Assembly: GCA_951406725.2 (NCBI GenBank)
Contig: OX597816.1
Location: 11,408,001-11,472,000, forward strand
Direction of reading: 5' to 3'
Length of the DNA stretch: 64,000 nt
Origin: Octopus vulgaris
Lineage: Eukaryota
Below, piece after piece: positions 53,359 to 64,000 of this stretch. The notes below the pieces were generated by a model, which saw nothing but the letters and a program-made list of their open reading frames with translations, made no database searches and was not told where the DNA came from. Numbering within the stretch: position 1 is the stretch's first letter; the number at the start of each line of letters is the position of its first letter. Position numbers and translations under genes: made by a program.

Positions 53359-54004
53359 ATATTTATTATTATTAAGGTGGAAACTGACAAAAACTTTAGC
53401 ATGCCGGGTGAAATGCTTAGCGGTATTTCGTCTGTCTTTATGTTATGAATTCAAGGTCGACTTTGCCTTTCATCCTTTTGGGGTCGATAAATTCAGTAAC
53501 AGTTGCGTACTGGGGTTGATGTAATTGACAGGCCCCCTCCCACAAAATTTCAGGCCTTGTACCTAGAGTAGAAAAGATTTATTTATTATTTATTACAAAA
53601 GATACTGCATCAAATGACATCAACAATCTTGTTATATATCTGTTGTGCTGGAGTCAATTTGTTCAGCAAAACCCTTCAGGTGGTGTTCCAGCATGGCCAC
53701 AGTCCAATGACTGAAAGAAATGAAAGATAAAAGAAAAAGGTATGCTATGGTGGGTAGGATTTTATTTGACTTTAGAGCTGGAAGGCCTACAAGCAGCAAC
53801 AACATGGTTTTGTATTTGCCACTGAAAATAATGGCAATTCTGGAAAATTAGTGACCCATGAACATAAAACCATGTAACATCCTACTTTTGCATTTTCCAG
53901 GAATATACTCAAGGGAAATTGTACCTGCTAAAACATACTCATGGGTTCAAACAAGGCACAAACCTATAGACATACACATAAATATATACACATATATGCA
54001 TGTG

Positions 54005-54340
54005 TGAAGGCGCATGGCTCAGTGGTTAGAGCATAGAGCTTATGATCATGTGGTTTTGAGTTCAATTCCTGGACCGGGCTGTGTGTTGTGTTCTTGAGCA
54101 AGACACTTTATTTCACGTTGCTCCTGTTAACTCAACTGTAGAAATGAGTTGTGACATCACTGGTACCAAGCTGTATCGACCTTTGCCTTTCCCTTGGATA
54201 ACATCAGTGGTGTGGAGAGGGGAGGCTGCTATGCATGGGCGACTGCTAGCCTTCCACAAGCAATCTTGCCTGGATTTGTGTCTCGGAGGGTAACTTTCTA
54301 GGTGCAATCCCATGGTGCTTCATGACTGAAGGGGGGTCTC
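54005..54340 (+). mobile_element. tRNA-derived SINE (family 5)
   Basis: A box tggctcagtgg, B box gagttcaattcc and a ttgtgttcttgagcaagacacttta central motif. Confidence 0.7.
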
Positions 54341-54355
54341 CTCCTCCTCATGTAT

Positions 54356-54404
<49 letters not shown>

Positions 54405-54585
54405 GGGGAGAGAGATACAGACACATGTCATGTTTCTTTCAGTTTCCATGGCTACCAAATCCACTCACAAGTCTTTGATCAAGCCAGAACTATGATGGAA
54501 GTCATTTGTCCAAGTTGCCATGCAGTGGGACTGAGCTCAGAACAATGTGATTGGAAAGTTAACTCCTTACCACACAGCCAGTATA

Positions 54586-54724
54586 TACACGGTGGGGTGG
54601 TGAAAAGTTCCTGGTTTTAAGAGTCTTGTGAAAGGCCTGGTTTGAGGCCCAACCTTCTGAGTTCTTGCTCAGGGCTTAGAAAAACTGAAGGACCACTGCA
54701 GTAAGTGTGTGAATCTGAGAGGAG
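54586..54724 (+). mobile_element. Mariner-derived MITE fragment
   Basis: ta-cacggtggggtggtgaaaagttcctgg TIR-like end and a GLEKLKDHCSKCVNLRG transposase C-terminal remnant. Confidence 0.55.
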
Positions 54725-56282
54725 TCATCATCCTCATCATCATCGTTTAATGTGCGTTTTCCATGCTAGCGGGGTCTGGTAAGCCAGGAGGCTGCACCAG
54801 TCTCCAATCTGATCTGGCAGTGTTTCTACAGCTGGATGCCCTTCCTAACGCCAACCACTCCGAGAGTGTAGTGGGTGCTTTTTACGTGTCACCAGCACAG
54901 GCGCCAGATGAGGCTGGCAAATGGCCACGATTGGTTGGTGCTTTTACGTGTCACCGACACGGACGCCAGTCAGGCGGCACTGGGAACTGCCACGTTCGGA
55001 TGGTGCTTTTAACGTGTCACTGGCACAGGGGATAAAATCACGATTAACTGATCCTCCTGTGTTTTCTTTTACCCAAAGCCAACAACTTTTCAGCAAGTCT
55101 TTTATATATGAAAAGGATAAATAAATAAAGGCCACACAATATCCTAAGTATAAACTGATATATTAACTTAGAGATACCCAACCATTATCTGGTGCACTTC
55201 ATCTGGTGTTTACCCAAACACTAACTAAATAATAAATAAAGGAAATTACAAAATGAAAAAAAAAAATATATAACAATTGAAAGAATATTCAATCATATTT
55301 ACATTTCCTATTTTTATATATATATATTTATTTTTGTTGTTTGTCTTTGTTGCACACACAATTAAATGTTCTTCAATAAAAGTTAATCAGTTTTGGCCAA
55401 TAATGAAAAGAAATCTCAACTCACAATCCATCTTGTTTCCCCAAGATAGTATTATGTGCAAACTTTAAAAATTCTGTGATTTTGCTTTTTATGTTTGTTT
55501 TTAGTTTTACTTTTCTTAAATTACATTTTCTTTCTTTCTTTGTTTTATACTTTATAATTTAAGTCCAAAACATCTTAAAAGTGCAAAAGGTCAAACCTCA
55601 TTTGGTTTCCATATGAATCATCTGGTTATTAAGAACATACAAATTTCATCAACTTTACACAAATACTCTAATAAACATTCATTGTTGTTATTAAGACTAA
55701 AAGTTGTGAGATAACAAAGAAAGGAAAAAGAGAAAAGAAAAAGATAAAGACGGTAAAAGAAATAAATGTCGTTGGCGATAATATATATCTTTCTTCAGAT
55801 AGTTTCATTCAGGAAATTTGATAAGTCATTAACGAAGTTTTTGTTCGCTTGTTAATATAACTTTAATTCCAATTTTAGATTAGGATCTACTTATTTGAAG
55901 CATTTTTATTTTTTTTTTATTAGTTTTGTAATAATAATAATAACAATGATGTTGAAACTTTGCCAGATCAGATTGGAGCCTGGTGCAGCCTTCTGGCTCA
56001 CCAGCTCTCAGTCAAACCGTCCAACCCATGCCAGCATGGAAAGCGGACGTTAAACAATGACGACGATGATAACAATGATGATGATGATATCAATTACAAC
56101 AACAACAACAACAGTAATAACAAAACAGAAATGTGAAAATGAGAATTACAAGATCTTGTGGGGTTTTGCCATACTACTACATGCAGTATTCTCCGAAGTT
56201 CAAAAGGTTTTTAATGGAAACCCAATTATTAAAGTGTGCTCATTAAATTGTGAAATAATGCCTGAAATAATATCATTCACCT

Positions 56283-56456
56283 TTTATCTGCTACCCATTT
56301 CAGCCATTAGATTGTGGCCATGCTGGGGCACCATCTTGAAGAATTTTAATCGATATAAAGAACCCATGGTGCGTATTCCATCAGTCTCTTTTGTCAAACC
56401 ACTAAGTTGTAGGGAAATATATTCACTAACATCAGTTGTCAAGTGGTGGTGTTGGG

Positions 56457-56508
<52 letters not shown>

Positions 56509-56801
56509 CTTCTTTCAGTTTCTATTTGCCAAATTCACTCAGCCTGAGGTTATAAAAGAAGACACTTGCCCAGTGTACCATGCAGTGGAATTGAACCCAG
56601 AACCCTGATTGGGTGGCAAACTTCTTACCACTCAGCCACACCTATGCCTAATATGATGAGAATTCATTCACTCAATCAACTAAGTGCCCCCTTCCTGAAT
56701 GAACATGTAAATGGTTGAGTATTTCACAGATATGTATACCCTTAATGTAACCCAGTGCTTCACAAGGCTGAGTGAATTTGGCAAATAGAAACTGAAAGAA
56801 G

Positions 56802-56851
<50 letters not shown>

Positions 56852-57026
56852 CCCAACACCACCACTTGACAACTGATGTTAGTGAATATATTTCCCTACA
56901 ACTTAGTGGTTTGACAAAAGAGACTGATGGAATAGGCACCATGGGTTCTTTATATCGATTAAAATTCTTCAAGATGGTGCCCCCAGCATGGCCACAATCT
57001 AATGGCTGAAATGGGTAGCAGATAAA
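56283..57026. repeat. Local inverted duplication of a SINE family 1 segment
   Basis: Arms 56283-56545 / 56765-57026 are almost identical, separated by a 219-bp spacer. Confidence 0.9.
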
Positions 57027-57943
57027 TCCGCCAAATGGGATTCAATACAGTTTCCACACACCCAAGTTCAGTCATAATGTATGAGTTGAGTGAGGCTATA
57101 GAAAATTACATTTGTGGGATCTCGTGCTTAGAAAATAAACTTCTCGACCATTTAGTCATATTTCACTTACTAACATGATGTAGAAATTAACTATTCATGC
57201 ATGCAATCATTTGTCATAAGAAATAAACTGCAGAACACCAGATTTTTTTTGTGCATATTGACTATTACTACAAAGTGGAGTGAACATTTTTCTCACATAT
57301 AATATGCATTGACATTTGCTTTTGAAATACAATATATGACAAAAGAATGTTTAGTCAGATTTATTATAACGATAAACGTCGCCCTTTTCAAGCCTAGTTA
57401 GGCTTATGGGCCCGGTTTCCCGGTTTCTGTGGCGTATGTGTCCCCCCCCCAGCTGGACGGGATGCCAGTCCATCACAGCACTACTCAAGAAACAGGAAGA
57501 AAGAGTGAGAGAAAGTTGTGGTGAAAGAGTACAACAGGGGTTTCCACCACCCCCTGCTGGAGCCTCGTGGAGCTTTTAGGTGATTTCGCTCAATAAACAC
57601 ACACAACACCTGGTCTGGGAATTGAAACTGTGATCATCTGACCTCAAGTCTGATGCCCTAACCACTGGGCCATTGCGCCTCAACTCAGATTTATTATAAG
57701 TGCTGTATAATGTGATGAGCTGGCAATATCCTTAGAGTTGTGAAACACAATCTTAAGTGGAATTTCTGTCGTTTTACATTATAAGCTCAAATACTAGTGA
57801 GGACAACATTGCTTCTCATCCTTTCAGGGTGATAAGGTAAAGCCCCACTCAAGTACCTGGGTCAGTGTAATCGACTGACCTCAAAATTCTTGGGCTTGTG
57901 TCAACATTTCAAACATTTATAAATGCTATACAAAACATATCAA

Positions 57944-58305
57944 CACATGGCAGTGTGGTAAGAAGCTTGCTTCCCAACTACATGGTTCTGGGTTCAGTCC
58001 TGTTGCTTGGCACCTTGAGAAAGTGTCTTCTACTATAGCCTTGGCCCGACTAAAACTTTGTGAATCGATTTGGTAGACAGAAACTATGTGCGTGTGTTTC
58101 TCTGTGACTATGTTTGTCCTCCCTACCATCGCTTAACAACCAATGTTGGTGTGTTTACATCCCCGTAATTTAGCTGTCCAGCAGAAGAATCCGATAGAAT
58201 AAGCATCAGACCTACAAAGAATAGGTTCAGGGGTCAATTTCTTCAACTAAATGGTAGTACTCCAGCATGGCCACAGTCAAATGACCTAAACAAATGAAAA
58301 ATAAA
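57944..58305 (+). mobile_element. SINE family 1 copy (others ~60940-61250 -, 61873-62445 +)
   Basis: Homology to 829-1236. Confidence 0.75.
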
Positions 58306-58631
58306 AAAACATTATAAAGTAAATTTGACAATGGTCTTTAAACTTTGCCCAAATACCAGGCACTTTTGAGGGTTTTGTTTCATGAAAAAGTGCATATTAT
58401 ACACAAATATCAGTACATCCATATTTATATATAGCCTTGTGAAGCACTGGGTTATATCAATTTGTGTTATAACCCAGTACATCCATATGGATGTACTGTT
58501 GTAAAAGTACATGTTATGTCAGTACATACATATTTAAGACTAGAATAGCTTTTGGGAATTAGGTAATTTAATTTATTAATATTATTTAAACAATGGCTTG
58601 TACAGTCTTAAACCATTCTTACTCTTAGTTT

Positions 58632-59212
58632 AAGGCAGCAAGCTGGTAGAAACTTTAGCATGCCAGGCGAAATGCTTAGCAGTATTTCGTCTGTCTTTAC
58701 TTTCTGAGTTCAAATTCTGCTGAGATCAACTTTGCCTTTCATCCTTTTGGGCTCGATAAATTAAGTACCTCCACAAAAATTTTGGGTTTTCTGCCTAGAG
58801 TAGAAAAGAAGACTTAGTGGTATTTTGTCTGTCTTTACGTTCTGAGTTCAAATTCTGCTGAGACTAACTTCGCCTTTAATCCTTTTGGGGTCAATAAATT
58901 AAGTACCAATTGTGTACTGGGATTGAGCTAATCGACTGGTCCCCTCCCACCAAATTTTGGGACTTATGCTTAGAGTAGAACAGATTATTTTAAGGCAGTG
59001 AGCTGGTAGAATTGTTAGCATGCTGAGCGAAATGCTTAGCAGTATTTTGTCTGTCTTTACGTTCTGAGTTCAAATTCCGCCGTGGTCGTCTTTGCCTTTC
59101 ATCCTTTCAGGGTTGAGAAATTAAGTACTAGTTGCATACTGGGGTCGATCTAATCAATTGGCTCCCCCTCTCACCCACCAAAATTTGGGGCTTTTTGCTT
59201 AGAGTATAAAAG
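58632..59212 (+). mobile_element. SINE family 2 trimer within a single 17-bp TSD
   Basis: TSD attcttactcttagttt at 58615-58631 and 59213-59229. Confidence 0.8.
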
Positions 59213-62200
59213 ATTCTTACTCTTAGTTTTGTAGTACAAATAAAAATAGCATTTATATGTCGGCCGGTTGAAGTGCGGTGACAGAGTCGTGTATTTGCTT
59301 AGATGCATAATACCATAGTTGTCAGATTTTTGTAGTCAATAAGTACTATGACGGATTTTATCGTCAAAATTTGATTCTGTTCCAAGTAATGAAAACTTTT
59401 GTATTGTTGTCAGGTGTTTTGTATGGAAATTTGCATTTTTTCTTATCTTTTCAAATTTAATTGATTTTGTTTTTTTGTCTTTGATACCTTTAGCCATTTA
59501 AAGAGGTAGCTATGTGGTTACCTTATTTGATGCTTGATCTGGTAATATTTATTCCTTTTAAGCTGTCTTCATAGGAATATATCGTTTCATGGTTGACTGA
59601 ACATCATGTACAGTTTGGCTTCTTGGATTTCCATTGCCTAGCAAACTGGTAGGAATGTTGACATTTGTTGCTTCAACTTGCACACAACAACTCATAAATT
59701 CTGCATGCATTAAGTTTAATAAAAATTATATTCCCCTTGATTTCTTTCGGCTTTTCTAATTCCTATGTAAAGTACAGCCATTTTTAGCTGGCTGGTTGGT
59801 TGGTTTGCTGGAGGTGTTGAAATTGTCTTCGTAAATGTCTTAGCACATAATCAGTCGTTTTATGTTTTCACATGGTTCTCAGACTTTTATTTCCAAACTA
59901 CACCATTAACTGATTTTTGTGACTGATATTTCGAAAGTTTGGCAAAGTTTTAGTATCGTGAAATGCGCTCTTGAAAACTGTTTACAACTATTGTTGTCTT
60001 AATATTTAGAGAAAATAATCTAGCAAACATAGCTATTGATGTATATAAGATCTTTTATTGGGATATCGGTGAGTAACCCGAAATCAACTTTATTTCAGTA
60101 GATCTACAGTGCTAAGTTAACTAATTATTTAGAGGAGTTCAGACCAGAAACTATTAAATTGAAACAAACCAAAAACAGCTTGGGAATTTCATTCTTAGTC
60201 AAAATTGTAAGAGTAACTAAAATAAGAATAGTGTTGCAAGGTAGAACTCCTTGGAAGCAATTAATCATTCCCCTTCTCAATTGATGAACTATTAATGAAC
60301 AAAGAGGAAAAGAAAGAAAAAACCTAGATATTCCATAAATGTCTTCCAAACTGTAATTATTTTCCATTTATTAGAAAGGTCTTGCTTTGCAAAATATTTA
60401 ATTTAGTTTAATTTATTTTCTTCCAGTCCCATCATGCAGATGATTTCTAATAAGAATGAAATGGTGCTATATATGTTACGTTTATATATTTGTTTTGCAA
60501 ATATATAAATGTATAAACAGGAGATACAAATATTACAGGCATTTCCCCCCACCACACACACACACACACTAACTAAACATAGACACACATAGAGGTATAC
60601 ACATGCGCAAATGAAGATACATACAATAGAAATACAAAATAGCTGATGGTTAGTAAGGAGAGACACAAATAAGAAAGAAGAAAGCAAAGGACCACTGTTG
60701 CAGTCACAGGAGTGTGATGAAAGAACTCTGGCCGAAATAAGATTAAGATTAATGTAAAAAATAAATAGCACTGAAGCAAATTAACACCAAATATATAGTG
60801 CGTGTGTTTTTATTGGCTAAACTGGCAAAATGACTATTCCTAAATACAACAACAGGTGCTATATATGAATAACTATGAATAGGAATTGCCAGATCTTTAC
60901 AATAAGTAAGCAAAGTAAAAGAATATAAATTAAATTCATCTACTTGTTTCAGTCATTATAATGTGGCCATGCTGGTTCACCACCATGAAGAAATTTTTGT
61001 TGAAGGAATTGACCCCAGTTTTTAATTGTTTTAAGCCTGGTACTTACTCTAGCAATCTCTTTTGTGAAACCACTTTGTTATGGGGGCATAAACATATTAA
61101 GACCATTTGTCAAGCAGTGATGGGGGACAAACACAGATGCAAAAACGCTCTCTCACACACACACAATAGGCTTCTTTCAGTTTCCATCTACCATATCCAC
61201 TCACAAAGCTTGTGTTGACCCAAGACTATAGTAAAAAATTATTGCCTAAATATACATAATTCTTATTTCTTTATTGCCCACAAGGGGCTAAACATAGAGG
61301 AGACAAACAAACGGATTAAGTTGATTATATCGACCCCAGTGCGTAACTGGTACTTATTTAATCGATCTCGAAAGGATGAAAGGCAAAGTCGATCTCAGCA
61401 AAATTTGAACTCAGAACATTGTGGCAGACGAAACGCCACTAGGCATTTCACCCGGCGTCCTAACGATTCTGCCAGCTCGCCGCCTCAATATACATATATT
61501 CTATGCATCTTCCTTGTTCTTCAAATTAAAATTCCAGTTTCTAATCTCACCAAGATTGGTCGAGAGATGATTATCTCCCTTACAATAACTGGCCATCAGG
61601 GAGCATCGTGTGTTGCTTTATTTGATTCAAAACTTATTTGATCACACTTTACCTATAATATGACACTTCTTATTGTAGAATCCTAAGTTTTAGAATTGAT
61701 CGCATGTTCTGTAACTGTCCTGAAGACTGTGAAGATTTTCTAGAGTGGAATTTGACAGATACGTTATGTATACATTATTTGTGTGATTACAAAGAGTTTT
61801 CCTCATTTTCTTCTGATTTTTAGCTTTTTACAGCATCTGTACAACTCAAAATGCTTCTAAGATTCCGAAAATAGCTGCAGGTGGGACTGTGTGGTAGGAA
61901 GCTTGCTTTCCAAACACATAGATCTGGGTTCAGTTCTATTGTGCGGCACCTTGAGCAAGTGTCTTATACTATAGCCTCAGGCTGACCAAAGCCAAGGGAG
62001 TTGATTTGGTAGATGAAAACTTAAAGAAGCCTGTTGTATATATATATATATATGATTGGTGTTAGGAAGGGCATCCAGCTGTAGAAACTCTGCCAGATCA
62101 GATTGGAGCCTGGTGCAGCCATCTGGTTCACCAGACCTCAGTCAAATCGTCCAACCCATGATAGCAAGGAAAGCAGACGTTAAACGACGACGATGATGAT

Positions 62201-62878
62201 GATGATGATATATATATATACGTACATGCATGTGTGTGTGTTTGTGTCTGTGTTTGGCCCCATTCCTCTGCTTGACAACCAGTATTGATGTGTTTATGTC
62301 CTATGACTTAGCAATTTGGCAAAAGAGACTGATAGAATAATTACCAAGCTTTAAAAAACAAATAAGCACCAGGGCCAATTCATTCAACTAAAAATCCTTC
62401 AAGGTGGTGCCCCAGGTTGGCCACAGTCACATGACTGAAACAAGAGTGTCATGGCTGGAACATGTTTTATCATGGGTCTGCTTCTTCAGAACAAATAACA
62501 GACAGCATACTCCTAGAAGAAACAGGATACAGGTTCATGTTTAAAGGAAGAAACCATTTAAGACAACTGCCTTCAGTTTCAATAACAGCTGGCAGAAATG
62601 TTAGCAAGCTGGGCGAAATGCTTAGCAGAATTTCATCTGTCTTTACGTTCTGAGTTCAAATTCCGTCGAGGTCAACTTTGCCTATTATCCTTTTAGGGAT
62701 CAATAAATTAAGTACCAGCAGCATTCTGGGGTCGATCTAAGTCCCTGCCCTGCCAAAGTATTCTTATTTAATGAATAACTATCCAAATAATCTTCTCCTC
62801 CTTCTTACCGTTCAAAAATTGAACCTACAATTGCTAGGTCATGACTGCAGTGCCCTTACCACTTGGCCATGTTCCTTC

Positions 62879-62952
<74 letters not shown>

Positions 62953-62957
<5 letters not shown>

Positions 62958-64000
62958 TAAATATTAGGGAATATGCGTATATTGAGGGAGTATATGTATC
63001 TGTTGTGTGTGTGTTTTGCGTGTGTGTGTGTTTGTGTGTGAATGTGTATATGGGTTTGTTATTTAGGTTTTGGGATGTATGTGTTAATTTGTCTGTGTGG
63101 GGAGGGAGTGGGTTTTTGGTGTATATTGAGGTTTATAAGTTAGTATAGGTATGTGTATAGGTGTGTGGTTTACGTGTGTGTATTTGTGTGTGAATGTTTA
63201 GGTTAGGGGGATTGCTATATAGGTATGTTATAGAGTTTAGTAAAGGGAGATTTTATCATTATATGTTTTTATGAGTTTTGGTTTATCATGGTAGGTTTGT
63301 TAAGGAATTCGTAGTAATTTGTGTCTATTTGTGATGTCTGTTGTTTTATTGCATTGTTTCATTCATAATTTTTAAGTAGTGTTCGTTTTACCAAGTGAAT
63401 ATAATTTTTAATTCCATTTATTCCATTTCTCCGTTCATAATTTTAAGTGATGTCCGTTTTCTAGAGCGTGAATGTGGGTTGTATGTGTGTGTGTGTGGGA
63501 GTATGAATAAGTATTGTGTTGAAGTATTTAGCTATTTTATTTATTTATAGTTGCCTAGACGTTTTTATGTGGATGTATAGGGATATATATATAGGTGTGT
63601 GATTTAGTGTATGTAGTTAGATATGGTTATATATAATTAGGTATATGTGTATGGGTGTATATATAGTTTATTATTATATTATTATTATTTTTTTGTTTTG
63701 TTTTATATTTTATATTTTATATTTAATTGTTGATAGGTTTATTTTAGTTTATATATTGTTTATATATTGATTATATATGGATTATATATAGGTTATATAT
63801 GGATTATATATTTATATTTTTTCATTCATACTTTAATTATTTTAAAATTATTATTTTTATATTTTAAAATATTGATATTTTAGATTGGAAGTCCACCTGA
63901 AGATTGTCGATCAAGACAAGAAACAATTGTAGTGGCGGTTTTTTAGACTATTTATTAAAATTTTATGTATTGATTAAGTCTTTCCTTGTTTGTTTTGCAA
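62953..64000 (+). mobile_element. Longer PLE-type family A element running off the window end
   Basis: Starts after (TA)n with a 20-bp inverted copy of the family 3' end (ataataaatattagggaata). An ~0.9-kb G/T-skewed interior follows, then an HHR and pseudo-LTR similar to 25849-25955. Confidence 0.7.
63893..63935 (+). ncRNA. Type I minimal hammerhead ribozyme
   Basis: ccac-CTGAAGA-ttgtc-gatcaa-gacaa-GAAAC-aatt-GTA-gtgg. All stems are perfect. Confidence 0.88.

Overview
AT-rich, repeat-saturated eukaryotic non-coding DNA (intron or intergenic). The SINE, microsatellite and mariner content suggests an octopus genome (inference). No intact host gene is recognisable, and nearly all listed ORFs are microsatellite or SINE artefacts. 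The window contains many tRNA-derived and RTE-tailed SINEs, a 17-unit 170-bp SINE-derived tandem array, degenerate mariner, RTE, R4/Dong-like and Helitron RepHel remnants, two 409-bp non-autonomous Helitrons, and MITEs. The main hidden signal is a set of small elements, mostly fold-back and inserted in or beside (TA)n tracts, that carry hammerhead-ribozyme (HHR) cores of the kind found in Penelope-like element (PLE) pseudo-LTRs. These include canonical minimal type I HHRs, forms with a long stem II, a tRNA-head+HHR chimera and a G3:C8 core-swap variant. Most unusual is a two-copy family whose three HHR segments lie in reversed (non-circularly permuted) order, with compensatory changes between the copies. 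All pairings were read by eye; none was computed or assayed.
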